A program made the position numbers and the translations under genes. Below are positions 51,128 through 61,257 of a stretch of 64,000 nucleotides of DNA, in pieces. The notes under the pieces are model-generated. The model worked only from the letters and a program-made list of their open reading frames with translations. It had not been told where the DNA came from and did not search any database. How positions within the stretch are numbered: position 1 is the stretch's first letter; each line of letters starts with the position of its first letter. This DNA is from an uncultured delta proteobacterium (lineage in GTDB: Bacteria > Desulfobacterota > Binatia > UBA9968). The stretch covers positions 1 through 64,000 of the forward strand of contig CAWDPO010000017.1 in the NCBI GenBank assembly GCA_963804165.1. The letters run 5' to 3'.

Positions 51128-52537
51128 ATGGCCAGCTCTGATTTACCAGCTACCCTGGTGCAACAGATCGCCGGCAACGTGCTCAGCGTTGCTGCTACAG
51201 CAATTCCATGGTCGGTCGTTGAGCATACCAAGGCGCTGATCCTCGACTCCATCGGCTGCGCTTTGGCCGCGGCCGAGGAGCCCGCATTTGCACGCGCGGC
51301 GCGCGTGCTTGCACAACTCGGCGGAAACCCGGACTGCACCGTGATCGGTTCATCGCGGCGCGTTAATTTACCGCAGGCCGTGTTGCTGAATGGAATTTTG
51401 ATTCGCTCGCTGGACTTGAACGATGCCTACATCGGTCCCGGACAGATGGGACATCCGAGCGACAATATCGCGGTGGCGCTTTCCGTCGGCGAAAAGTTTC
51501 GCGTCTCTGGACCGAGCGTGATCGCCAGCGTAGCGCTCGGCTACGAGATTTACTGCCGCATGCAGGACATCATTCCAGTTCGCGGCACCTGGGATCACAC
51601 GACCGCATCGGCATTGGCGGCGCCTTTGATCGCCGGCCGGTTGATGGGATTGAACGCGGAGCAGCTTGCCCACGCGGCCGCGTTGTCGGCCACGCATGGC
51701 AACACGCTCGCCGTCGTGCGCACCGGGCAGCTGGCTAATTCCAAAGCGAACGCCAACGCAATGGTGGCATCCCAAGCGGTACTGTGTTCGTTGTTCGCCG
51801 CCGAGGGCATGACCGGTCCGCTAGGAGCGATCGAACACCCGCGCGGGCTGAGCACCGGTATGCTCGCCGGGGCAAAATTAGATCTTCTCGCTCAACCGAT
51901 CGGCGAACGCTATCGAATCCTGACCTCCGCTATCAAAGCCTATCCCTGTATCGGCACGGCCCAGACCATGGTCGCCGGCGTACTTCAAGCGCGCGCCGGC
52001 ATCGCCGATCCGGCGCGAGAAGTTCAGCGCATCGAAGTAGTGATGGCCGATATCCCGATCGTCAGCGCTCAAGTGGCGGACCAACAACGGCGCTACCCGG
52101 CAAGCCGCGAAAGCGCGGATCATAGCTTCACCTATCTTGCGGCGGCGGCTCTTTCGGACGGCGAAATTTCTGAAGCGCAATTTGCCCCCGGGCGCTGGCT
52201 GCAACCCGAAATGAGAGAAGCGATGGCGCGAGTCTCGGTCCGCACCGACGCGAGTTTGAACAAGCACACGCCGGGCAGCTACCCGGCCGTGGTGAAACTG
52301 ATTTTGCAAAGCGGCGAGAGCCGAGAAGTCGAGGTCATTTTTCCCAAAGGCCATCCCAACAATCCCATGTCGCCGGCCGAGGTCGAGGCAAAATTCCGCG
52401 CCTGTGCGCGTGGGAGAATGTCATCAGCGCGCCAGGAGAAAGTCATCGGGAAAGCGCGCGAGTTAGAAAAGCTCGCGTCCATAACCGAGCTGATGAACGA
52501 GTTGGCGGAAGGCGAGAGCGGCTCGAACCAGACTTAG
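51128..52537 (+). CDS. MmgE/PrpD family protein
   Basis: LDSIGCALA, LDLND, GHPSDN, KAYPC, SADHSF, KGHPNNPM. Confidence 0.92.
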   Translation: MASSDLPATLVQQIAGNVLSVAATAIPWSVVEHTKALILDSIGCALAAAEEPAFARAARVLAQLGGNPDCTVIGSSRRVNLPQAVLLNGILIRSLDLNDAYIGPGQMGHPSDNIAVALSVGEKFRVSGPSVIASVALGYEIYCRMQDIIPVRGTWDHTTASALAAPLIAGRLMGLNAEQLAHAAALSATHGNTLAVVRTGQLANSKANANAMVASQAVLCSLFAAEGMTGPLGAIEHPRGLSTGMLAGAKLDLLAQPIGERYRILTSAIKAYPCIGTAQTMVAGVLQARAGIADPAREVQRIEVVMADIPIVSAQVADQQRRYPASRESADHSFTYLAAAALSDGEISEAQFAPGRWLQPEMREAMARVSVRTDASLNKHTPGSYPAVVKLILQSGESREVEVIFPKGHPNNPMSPAEVEAKFRACARGRMSSARQEKVIGKARELEKLASITELMNELAEGESGSNQT

Positions 52538-52539
52538 AA

Positions 52540-52783
52540 CGGCGCAATCCGCGCCGTAAAGCAACGGAAGTCTGAAATGACGACTTTCCTGAAAAGCTAT
52601 CTCGAAATGCCGGAAGACGTAGCGGCGAAGAGCTACGAATTTCTAGTCAATCACATGCCGGATAACATGATTGTCGACGACGCGGTGATCCGGCAGGCGA
52701 GGGAATTCGCCGCCTCTTCACTAAAACTGAAGCCCGATGCTGTACCCGACATTTCTAAAGTTCGCGACTGGACATCGGAGTGA
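52540..52783 (+). pseudogene. C-terminal fragment, probably of an ABC (NMT1/SsuA-like) substrate-binding protein
   Basis: AIRAVKQRKSEMTTFLKSYL..VAAKSYE..ISKVRDW; no N-terminus. Confidence 0.45.
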
Positions 52784-53081
52784 ATTGAAGTTCAATGAAC
52801 GTCATAAGTAAAGGATTTGATACTATCGCTCTGCATTTACCGGCGGAAAAAGGGGGGGGGCGTGCAAGCTAAAGGCAGACTTGAGCCCGTTTTTGGTTCG
52901 TGCCGCAAAAATCTCCAAGAAATGATCAACGGACTTGCAACCAAGGGTACCCTTAGTCTATGAAAAAAAACTCCAGCGTCGCTTCGCTCCGATCCCCGGC
53001 CGCTTTGCCGGGTAACGCTGGCCGGTTTGCTTTACAGCGATGGGCGATTTCAGCGGATTACACTGGACAAGAGGAACTGCC

Positions 53082-53837
53082 ATGTCGTTCTACGAAAAAG
53101 GTCCCGTTCGCATTCGATATGAGGAGGCCGGCTCCGGCTTCCCGTTGTTGGTTATCCCCGGCGGGGGATTGAACTCGACAATCTCCGGCTTGATGCGCGG
53201 CAGGCCGTTTAGTACGATCGAAGAGTTCGGGGGAGAATACCGCTGCATCTTCTCGGACTTGCGCAACGCCAATGGCGGTCAGTCCTCCGGTCCGCTTGAG
53301 ATCGATCGGCCGTGGGAGGGCTATACCGATGACCATATCGGCCTGATGGATCACTTGGGGATCGACAAGTTCGTGGTGATGGGCTTCTGCATCGGTGGTC
53401 CTTTGGTTTGGAACCTTCTGAAGCGGGCACCTGATCGTATCGTCGCTGCCGTGCTGGCGCAGCCGAGCGGATTCCGCCCGGAGCTGCCCAACCAAGCGTA
53501 CGAACACAACATGAAGGAGTGGGGCCCCGAGTTGGTCAAGCGCCGACCCGACCTTACGATGGAGATGGTCGACAAATTTCTAACCAAGATGTACCGCGCC
53601 AACCCAGACTTCGTCTGGTGTGTGACACGCGATTTCGTGCGCAATTGCCAGACGCCCGTGCTGATCCTGCCGGATGATATCCCGCCTCATCCCTATGCTG
53701 TAGCCATGGAGGCCGCGCTGCTCGCACCGAAGGGGGAAGTGAGCATGTTCCCGTGGAAAGAGCCGAAGGAACGGATTCCCCTAGCGGTGCGCCAGATACG
53801 TTCCTTCCTCCGGGCGCACTGGCTCGCTTCTGTTTAG
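53082..53837 (+). CDS. Alpha/beta hydrolase with Cys at the nucleophile elbow
   Basis: Start MSFYEKG; GFPLLVIPGGGLNS; GFCIGG. Confidence 0.85.
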   Translation: MSFYEKGPVRIRYEEAGSGFPLLVIPGGGLNSTISGLMRGRPFSTIEEFGGEYRCIFSDLRNANGGQSSGPLEIDRPWEGYTDDHIGLMDHLGIDKFVVMGFCIGGPLVWNLLKRAPDRIVAAVLAQPSGFRPELPNQAYEHNMKEWGPELVKRRPDLTMEMVDKFLTKMYRANPDFVWCVTRDFVRNCQTPVLILPDDIPPHPYAVAMEAALLAPKGEVSMFPWKEPKERIPLAVRQIRSFLRAHWLASV

Positions 53838-53894
53838 ACGGCGATAGCAAGCGGGAAGTCGGTCAAAGCAAATAGAATTGCTCGGGGAGGAAAA

Positions 53895-55019
53895 ATGCCA
53901 ATGTCGAGAGTTGTGTTGGCGGCTTGTGCCGTATTGCTGTTGCTGGCGGATGCGCACGCTCAATCGGACTGGAAGAAGGAATGGGAAAAAACCCTCGAAG
54001 CGGCGAAGAAGGAAGGCCAAGTGAACGTCTACATCGGCGGCTGGGAAGCCGTCGTCGAATCGGGCGCGTTTCAAAAAGCCTATCCCGAAATCAAGGTGAC
54101 CTGGGTCGGCGGCCGCGCTGGCGAGATCGCCAAGCGCATTCTCGCCGAGCGCCGCGCGGGAAAGTTCCTCGCCGACGTGAGCAGCGAAGGCATCGGCTCG
54201 AACTACCGGGCGCTGCACTTGGCCAAGAGCTTCGATCCGATCAAACCCGCACTCTTGCTGCCGGAGGTGACGGACGAATCGCTCTGGTATCAGGGCAAGC
54301 ACCGCTACATCGACCCCGAAGGGCAGTTCGTCTTCCGTTACGTCGCCACGCAGCAGCAAGGAAACATCGCTTACAACAGCAAACTCGTAAACCCGAAGGA
54401 GATTCGTTCGATCTGGGACCTCGTCGACGCCAGATGGAAAGGCAAAATCATCGCCCGCGACGTGCGCGTCCCCGGGCCGGGGAGCGCGCCGATGCGTTTT
54501 TTCTACCTTCACCCGGCGATCGGTCCGGCTTTCATCAAGAAGCTGTTCGGTGAGATGGACGTGACGCTCTTCCGTGACTTCCGCCAGAGTATCGACTGGC
54601 TCGCGAGCGGCAAAGCGAGCCTGTGCTTCTTCTGCGCGGACACCGACAAGGCGAAACTCCAGGGACTGCCGGTCGACGAGTTCGTGAATCTCAAGGAAGG
54701 CGCGCCGCTCGTCACGCAATACGGCACGCTCGCGCTCTTGAACCGCGCGCCCCATGCGAATGCGGCGAAGGTTTTCATCAATTGGTTTCTCTCGCGCGAC
54801 GGCCAGATCGCGCTGCAAAAATCTTTAGCTAGGAGCGCCGCCGAGACGGCCGATTCACTGCGCATCGATATTCCAAAAGACGACGTACAGCCGCAGAACC
54901 GCCGCGCCCCGGGAGTCAACTATCTCGACCTCGACAGCCAGGTCGAATGGACGGAGATGAAGCCGGTGCTGGCAATTTTCGAAGAGGCGCTCGCGAATGC
55001 GGAAAAACAAAAAAAGTAA
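53895..55019 (+). CDS. Extracellular solute-binding protein
   Basis: Signal peptide, WEKTLEAAKKEG, WKGKI, APHANAAKVFINWFLSRDGQ. Confidence 0.88.
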   Translation: MPMSRVVLAACAVLLLLADAHAQSDWKKEWEKTLEAAKKEGQVNVYIGGWEAVVESGAFQKAYPEIKVTWVGGRAGEIAKRILAERRAGKFLADVSSEGIGSNYRALHLAKSFDPIKPALLLPEVTDESLWYQGKHRYIDPEGQFVFRYVATQQQGNIAYNSKLVNPKEIRSIWDLVDARWKGKIIARDVRVPGPGSAPMRFFYLHPAIGPAFIKKLFGEMDVTLFRDFRQSIDWLASGKASLCFFCADTDKAKLQGLPVDEFVNLKEGAPLVTQYGTLALLNRAPHANAAKVFINWFLSRDGQIALQKSLARSAAETADSLRIDIPKDDVQPQNRRAPGVNYLDLDSQVEWTEMKPVLAIFEEALANAEKQKK

Positions 55020-55101
55020 TTGAACCGATCATGGAATCTGCGTGTCCTTCGTTTTGCTTTGCCATGATTGAAGGCTTACATGGCTTGCGCAAATTCTAGA
55101 A

Positions 55102-55196
55102 TCACCACGAAGACACGAAGAGCACGAAGGGAAGATCAGAAAAAGTTTCGGCAACTTCTTTGTCCGAACTTCGTATCCTTCGTGCCTTCGTGGTGA
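55102..55196. repeat. Inverted repeat built from 9-bp CACGAAG units, between convergent genes
   Basis: tcaccacgaagacacgaagagcacgaag ... cttcgtatccttcgtgccttcgtggtga. Confidence 0.7.
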
Positions 55197-55347
55197 GAAT
55201 CTCGATCCGACACATCAGGTAGGGCGAAAAACGCACACGCATTTGCTCGAGTTGAAGATGTGACACTCTGCCCAAGCCAGGATTAAAGATTTTTAAGGCT
55301 GTAAAGCTCGACGGATTAGTTTTTAAAATTACTGCGTGACCGGAAAA

Positions 55348-56499
55348 CTATAGGATGTCCCCATCGCGCGCCCTAGGAGGAAATAACGCTACGCACTTGC
55401 TGGAGTTGAAAATGTAGCTCTCAGCGTAGGTCAAAATTTGCGCTTCCCGCCCTTCCATAGCACCTGCCAGGCAGATCCAATTTCGCATCTCGTGTTGTCC
55501 CGATGAACGAAGTTTATCGGGATCCAGATTTCTCCACTGGTCGAATCGGCCGGCCTTCAGTTGGTCATAGTGCTCGCGATCGGACTCCACATCGCCCCAC
55601 AGAAAGCCATGCAGGTCGGTGAGCGAGGCATGGGACCAACTGGACGATCCGATGATGCACGCGCGGTAAGGGCTCGCTGCAATAATCTCTGCCACCGCCT
55701 TCCCCAAATCGTAGCAACGCCATACCGGGGGAGCCTGTGGAGGCAAGACGCCTCCTTTAGACAATATTTTGTCCACTTCCGAGCGATCGGGCAAGCGCCC
55801 AACCCATTCGTTCGCTCCCAGAGCGGGCATGCGCATGTCTTCCCCATAACAGTTGACCTGGAACGGAATTAGAGGATAAGGAAATCCCTTCCTGTCCCAG
55901 TCGAGGTAATCCAAAGTGAAAGTGAAGGCGTGGCCCAGCCCGGTCGAGTGATGGAACTGCGACGACCAACCTACATCGAACCCCTTATTGACCAGTTCGC
56001 CGGCCAGTAGGGTTCCAATCTTTTTGCTGCCTGCGATTCTCGACTGCTGGGGGGGACGTTCCATCGGAATGCCGAGGTTTGACACACCCGTGTTCAGAAT
56101 TCCATTGGGCCCGATTTCATTGCGACGTCCGCCTTTCGCGCCACCGATCGCGAATTCATCGAACGCGTAGACACAAAAGGGCGGCAGAATATCCTCTTTG
56201 AAATTCTCGTACTGATCGTCTCCGAACATCAAAACAAAATCCGGATTGAAATGGTCCAGAGCCTGCCGCGCCGCGCGAAACCCGTTGATCACTTCTTCAC
56301 GGTGTCGCCGCGCAGCAGACACTCCTTCGTCGTTCCCCCATTCCGCTCTCATCTTCGCCGGCCAGTTCTTCGGATCCCTGAGGACCGCGGGAGTCTTCGC
56401 GTTCCTCAGGTTAATGCGAAAATAAACGTTGGCCATAGTCTCATCGGTAAACCGCATATGTGGGCCGTGGGGGCACCCGATACCAAGAATCTCGCCCAT
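55348..56499 (-). CDS. LigB-type (class III) extradiol ring-cleavage dioxygenase-like protein
   Basis: PHGPH, GDDQYENF, LGHAF, SSSWSH, GQHEMRNW. Confidence 0.8.
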   Translation of the reverse strand: MGEILGIGCPHGPHMRFTDETMANVYFRINLRNAKTPAVLRDPKNWPAKMRAEWGNDEGVSAARRHREEVINGFRAARQALDHFNPDFVLMFGDDQYENFKEDILPPFCVYAFDEFAIGGAKGGRRNEIGPNGILNTGVSNLGIPMERPPQQSRIAGSKKIGTLLAGELVNKGFDVGWSSQFHHSTGLGHAFTFTLDYLDWDRKGFPYPLIPFQVNCYGEDMRMPALGANEWVGRLPDRSEVDKILSKGGVLPPQAPPVWRCYDLGKAVAEIIAASPYRACIIGSSSWSHASLTDLHGFLWGDVESDREHYDQLKAGRFDQWRNLDPDKLRSSGQHEMRNWICLAGAMEGREAQILTYAESYIFNSSKCVALFPPRARDGDIL

Positions 56500-56529
56500 G
56501 ATGAGGAAATCCCCCTCTAATGCTCCGCT

Positions 56530-57654
56530 TTAATTTGGTAAGAGGCTAAGCGCGCTTTTCGTCGCCGCTTTCGCCGCTGCCTCGGTATCTGCCGAGATCT
56601 GCTCCACCTTGTTCCACTGTTCCAGAGATAGATTGTCTTTTGCCGCTATAGCCCCGAAGTTGGCCGTCCAGCGGGCGTCCACGTCCCACCGACGAGTGGG
56701 CTGGCTCAGTTCTTTTGTCCAGACTTCCTGTCCTTCTTTGCTGAGCAGCCAGTTGACGAACACCTTGGTGGCATTGGGGTGGGGGCGATTCTTAATGATC
56801 GCCAAAATCCCCGACCCGGCCGTGCCATAAGTTCCTTCTTTGAAGATCGGAAGCGCCTTTAGGGGCATACCGGCTTCGACAAAGGAGCGGAACCCATAGT
56901 AATTCATGCCAATGGTCACGGCCACTTTCTCCCTGGCAAGCGACTCTGCCAATACTCGCGCATTTCGAGAGAGCTGGAGGTCTTGGGTTACAAGGCGCTT
57001 CAAGTAGTCCTCGCCTTTGTGTTTCCACATGTATTCCCAAGCTTGCGCCCCTGCGCCGGGCTGGTGCGGATCGTACCAACCAATCTTGCCTTTCCATTTT
57101 GGATTGAGGAGATCGTCATAAGAGCGAAGCTCCTCAGCGCTCGCAGATTTTGTGTTGTGCCAAAAGTTAGAGACCAAAAAGGCTGAAAAGATATAAGTGA
57201 ACCGCTTCTCCTTATCGATAGCCATATGTCCGCCCCACCAGTTTTTAGGCTCCTTAACCTCAGGAAGAATGAGATTGGGCTCAATCGGATCGACAATGTG
57301 TCCGCCAACGAAGCCGGATATCATGGACCCGGCACCCCCGATGTGGATGTCAAAGTAACGCACACCGGCTTGAAACTCGTCACTGATCCTTCTCAGCATG
57401 GCTGTAGCAGTGCCTGCGACAAGTTCCAGATCGATGCCTGGAAACCGCTGCTCGAACGCCGCCTCTAGATGCTTCCTCAAATCAGAACTAGCAGGAATGG
57501 AAACCACGACATTGCCCTCTTTCTTGCCCGCCTCCACAACCTCCTTCCAACTCTCCTGCGAAGCCCCCCAACTCTTCTGGCAGAAGCCTAAAAATAGGAT
57601 CGCCAAAGCGGTAACACAAACAACCATCTTGGGTCGTTTAGATGAACGGACCAT
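56530..57654 (-). CDS. Extracellular solute-binding protein
   Basis: Signal peptide, EAGKKEG, DLLNPKWKGKI, PHPNATKVFVNWLLSKEGQ. Confidence 0.88.
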   Translation of the reverse strand: MVRSSKRPKMVVCVTALAILFLGFCQKSWGASQESWKEVVEAGKKEGNVVVSIPASSDLRKHLEAAFEQRFPGIDLELVAGTATAMLRRISDEFQAGVRYFDIHIGGAGSMISGFVGGHIVDPIEPNLILPEVKEPKNWWGGHMAIDKEKRFTYIFSAFLVSNFWHNTKSASAEELRSYDDLLNPKWKGKIGWYDPHQPGAGAQAWEYMWKHKGEDYLKRLVTQDLQLSRNARVLAESLAREKVAVTIGMNYYGFRSFVEAGMPLKALPIFKEGTYGTAGSGILAIIKNRPHPNATKVFVNWLLSKEGQEVWTKELSQPTRRWDVDARWTANFGAIAAKDNLSLEQWNKVEQISADTEAAAKAATKSALSLLPN

Positions 57655-57706
57655 AGAAAGTCCTCTTTCTTTAGAATGGATTTACATTAACTCGACGAAT
57701 TTGTTT

Positions 57707-58885
57707 TTATGCTTTCATTCCGTCGACTGGATCGCTCGTCCGCGCAGTATTCTCAAAATATTTACGTAACTGGACGAGGGAGGCATCGGGTCTGAAGAAC
57801 ATCTCCGGCGCCGAATAGTCCAAGTGTTCCACGATCCACTTATCCTGTCCCTCGTTAAACCACTTGTGAAACACCCAACGATGCCATAGCCAGTATTGCA
57901 GTCTAAAGGCGAGCGCTTTTAAACCATGATACTTACCGGCCAACATCTGAAAGTTGCGGGTGTGGTTCGCATCGATCGGGATCGAATAGCGAATATGGGA
58001 GTAGTAGGTGTAGTGGTTGACGATAATGCATGGAAGGCGGACACCGGCAATCATGGGTTTCCCCTTGGGGCCGAATTTTTGGCGAACTTTTGCCAGGGCT
58101 TTGCGCAGCCAAGCGTGACGTGGCCAGAGGCCAAAGCCCGGATAATTTGCCTCAAAGCCAAAAGGGCCCCGGCGCCGTTGAATCAGGTATTTGCCTTGTA
58201 CTTCACTTTCCACCTTCCCAGCCCATGCCGGCGGAAGGTTAAACTGAGTTCGCCACCGCAGGCTGTACCGATGAACATATGTAGCATGGGAAGCGTCGTA
58301 GCCGTTTTCAACTGCAGGCCGCCAGTTGCTGTTCCAGACTGACGTGACCGCCTCAAAAACATATTCCGGTTTCAACAGCTCTTCCGGAACGTCTTCCTCA
58401 AGTGGCGGCGGCTTGTCATCTCCCATGTAAACGTAGATGACCCCGTTTCTCTCCTCGACCGGATAGCTGCGAACGCCTTTTCCCTTCTTACCCACAACTG
58501 CCGACTCAGGCCCGTCCGTTAGAGCTGCCATCAACTCTCCGTCGCCCAACCTGTACGTCCAACCATGATACGCACAAGTGAGCGTGCCTTCCGTCCAGCA
58601 CTTGCCTTCGGATAGTGGCATACCGCGGTGTGCACAACGATCAAAAAGCGCATAGGGCCGACCGTTGCCTCGGATAAATACGAGTTTCTCGCCAAGCAAC
58701 GTTACCGATTTAGGTTTCTCTCCAAGCTGCCTGGAAAGGAGAGCGGGGTACCAGTAGTGACGAAACCCCAATTCTGCGGCGCCATAACGAGTCCCTGTCT
58801 TTGCTTCCATCTGTTCGTCGGGATCTGTCACATTTTCCAGCTCCCCGACAGTTCCATCATGCGTTTGACGGAGTGTCTTAGCCAT
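57707..58885 (-). CDS. Rieske non-heme iron oxygenase alpha subunit (CarAa/OxoO-like)
   Basis: GFRHYWYP, CAHRG...CAYHGW, NWRPAVENGYDASHATYVH, GQDKW. Confidence 0.88.
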   Translation of the reverse strand: MAKTLRQTHDGTVGELENVTDPDEQMEAKTGTRYGAAELGFRHYWYPALLSRQLGEKPKSVTLLGEKLVFIRGNGRPYALFDRCAHRGMPLSEGKCWTEGTLTCAYHGWTYRLGDGELMAALTDGPESAVVGKKGKGVRSYPVEERNGVIYVYMGDDKPPPLEEDVPEELLKPEYVFEAVTSVWNSNWRPAVENGYDASHATYVHRYSLRWRTQFNLPPAWAGKVESEVQGKYLIQRRRGPFGFEANYPGFGLWPRHAWLRKALAKVRQKFGPKGKPMIAGVRLPCIIVNHYTYYSHIRYSIPIDANHTRNFQMLAGKYHGLKALAFRLQYWLWHRWVFHKWFNEGQDKWIVEHLDYSAPEMFFRPDASLVQLRKYFENTARTSDPVDGMKA

Positions 58886-58980
58886 TTTTACAACCCCCGT
58901 ACTTTAAGTACTTTCCCCTTTTTATCCCGCTGATAACTACGATCGCTATATAGCAAATTCACGTGGCTGAACTAGTGACC

Positions 58981-59943
58981 TCAGGGTAGATAACCGCAGT
59001 CGCGCCAAAAGCGTTCGGCGGCGGGATGAAGCGGTATAACCAGCGGGGTATCAGGTGTATTGCGGCACATGCTTTCGAGGGGAAGGGGGCCTTCGCCTTG
59101 CCAGGCGATCCGATCCTTGCGGGCCTCGAGAGCTCGGCAGAAAGCCGTGATGAAATCGTCGGGTGCGTCCGCACGAGTGAAAACCGCCCACCCGCTGAAG
59201 TCCAGGCTCACAACATCGGCCGATAATTTTGGGTAATCCGCCTTGGGGATGACGCCACGCCGGAAGCCCATCTCTTCCAGCCTGGCCAGGAGCGGCCCTT
59301 CGAGCGACAACGGACGTATGCCATGATCAAGCGCCTTATAGATCCAGCGATTGATGGCCTCGTCAAAGACGGCGTCGACTTCCCCTCGCTCGATGGCGCC
59401 GAGGCGCTCAGAGGCCTGAGGAATTGCGGCGTCGTAGCGGACCTCGCCACCCCAGGATTTAATATCGTCCAGCGAAAAGCCCGCGGCGTCCAGGATGTGC
59501 TTGATATAGAAGTGTGTGGAATGGCCCGGCTGTTTTCTAAGCGACACGCGCAGCGGGACTCGCCGCTCGCGGATTTCTTCGAGAGACGTGACGCCCGTGC
59601 GCTCGGAGACCGCGAAGGCCATCTGATCCTCAGAGGGGATCACCGTGACGACACTGAGAGGTAAGGGCTTGGTATACGGTCCTGTACCACGATAGGCCAG
59701 CGCCAGGGGATCGACCGGGTTCATGATTGCGACCTGGACCTTTCCGGACACCACGTCGTCTATCACACCGGGGTCGTCGCTGGCAAAGAAGGTCAGTTGC
59801 CAATTCCCCTGTCCCTGAGGTCGGAGGCTTATCGTGGCCTGCCGTTGCACCCAATCTTTCCCGCCCACTAGTTCAGATGCCACCTCAAGCATCAGCCTTG
59901 ATCGCGTTGTCGCAGGCACCACGAATTTTCCATGATCGATCAT
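58981..59943 (-). CDS. TAXI-family TRAP solute receptor-like protein
   Basis: GVTSLEEI, GEVDAVF, IPLHPAAERFWRDCGYL; no clear signal peptide. Confidence 0.7.
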   Translation of the reverse strand: MIDHGKFVVPATTRSRLMLEVASELVGGKDWVQRQATISLRPQGQGNWQLTFFASDDPGVIDDVVSGKVQVAIMNPVDPLALAYRGTGPYTKPLPLSVVTVIPSEDQMAFAVSERTGVTSLEEIRERRVPLRVSLRKQPGHSTHFYIKHILDAAGFSLDDIKSWGGEVRYDAAIPQASERLGAIERGEVDAVFDEAINRWIYKALDHGIRPLSLEGPLLARLEEMGFRRGVIPKADYPKLSADVVSLDFSGWAVFTRADAPDDFITAFCRALEARKDRIAWQGEGPLPLESMCRNTPDTPLVIPLHPAAERFWRDCGYLP

Positions 59944-60068
59944 CCGAGCTCCACCAATTAAGCAAGCACTGTCAAGTCAACCCGGCTACCAAATATCAGG
60001 TTGACATGAATAGGGGTATCAAATCTGCACGCACAAAGCCCGTTAAGGCTAGATCGACGGCAAGGCGC

Positions 60069-61184
60069 TCACGCCCCACCCTGGTCAACAGGGTCTAACC
60101 TGAGGGAAATTCCGTTCTTCTCCAACTCCTGGTAATACTCCTCGCGGATCTTGGGGTCCTCTTCGTCGTAGCGGATTTTGGACGAATAGCCGAGTGCACT
60201 ATCACTCCGAGCCGCCCCGACAGGGTCGTACTCTCCCTTCGCGTTCATACTGGGCGGCTTTCGCACCCATCCCCTGAATGCAAGCTGGCGGAAGGGGCCT
60301 TTGCCGGTATTAAAATGCTGGTGGTACTCGTTGGTATGGGGAGCGACAACGCCATATGGTTTTATATAAACCTTCTGCCGTTTCTCCGGATTGAGTTCGT
60401 CGCCTTGCTTGAACAAAAGCTCATATCCGCCTCCCTCAATAACCACGACGTGCGCGCCGGCCCCGTGCCTATGGGCGGTTACATAGGTCCCTTCGCTAAC
60501 CTCCAGTAGGTGTAACTGAGAAAGGGAATTGCCCATGTACAGGCGCGTAATGGATGTCCGAATTCCCCTCTCCTGCCAGGGGTCTAACTTAAATTTCCTT
60601 ACGTCAGGAATAAAATTGGTCGCAAATAGGCGCAGGTTCCAGCGCATTCCCTCATCCATGTAGAAATTCTCCATGGAGTAGGAGTACCGGTCCGTGAATT
60701 GGAACGGATTGTTAAAGACGAACTCAGTGTTGTGGTAGAGGTTGATGACTTGGGCCATATTGGTGCCGAATAGGAGCCGACAAGGCTCGTCGCCGGAGCT
60801 ATTGAACTCCTGATGCCATGCGTTCAACGGGATCGCGAGAAGCGCTCCCTCCTCCCATTCAACGGTTTTCCTGGGTTCTCCTTCTTGCCAGATGGTGCTG
60901 GCGCCTTTACCTTTCATGACGTACATGATCGACTCGTACATGTGGTGTTCCGGCTTCAGTTCACCCTTGGCGGGGATTTCCACGATCTGAAGGTTCACAT
61001 CCTCCTGATTGCCGAGGCGGGTATAGGCGGCCTTCCCGCCCCTTCTCTCCCAGTCTTTGAGTGGCAAGGTGGACAGGTCTTCAAGAATGCTCCCCTCGTA
61101 TAGAGGCACACCCTCTCTCTCGACGAAGCGCCTATAGTAACTCCCTACCCACCACTCCTCGAAAGTCGTCGGTGCTTGAGACAT
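60069..61184 (-). CDS. Bicupin protein (paralog of 14858..15904)
   Basis: PEHHMYES, LNAWHQEFN, AHRHGAGAH, YHQHFNTG. Confidence 0.8.
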   Translation of the reverse strand: MSQAPTTFEEWWVGSYYRRFVEREGVPLYEGSILEDLSTLPLKDWERRGGKAAYTRLGNQEDVNLQIVEIPAKGELKPEHHMYESIMYVMKGKGASTIWQEGEPRKTVEWEEGALLAIPLNAWHQEFNSSGDEPCRLLFGTNMAQVINLYHNTEFVFNNPFQFTDRYSYSMENFYMDEGMRWNLRLFATNFIPDVRKFKLDPWQERGIRTSITRLYMGNSLSQLHLLEVSEGTYVTAHRHGAGAHVVVIEGGGYELLFKQGDELNPEKRQKVYIKPYGVVAPHTNEYHQHFNTGKGPFRQLAFRGWVRKPPSMNAKGEYDPVGAARSDSALGYSSKIRYDEEDPKIREEYYQELEKNGISLRLDPVDQGGA

Positions 61185-61257
61185 GTTTCTCGATGATCCT
61201 TTTTAATAAGGTTTTAGATCAATGAACGAGCTCGCAAAGCGTCCACCGTCGAACCGC

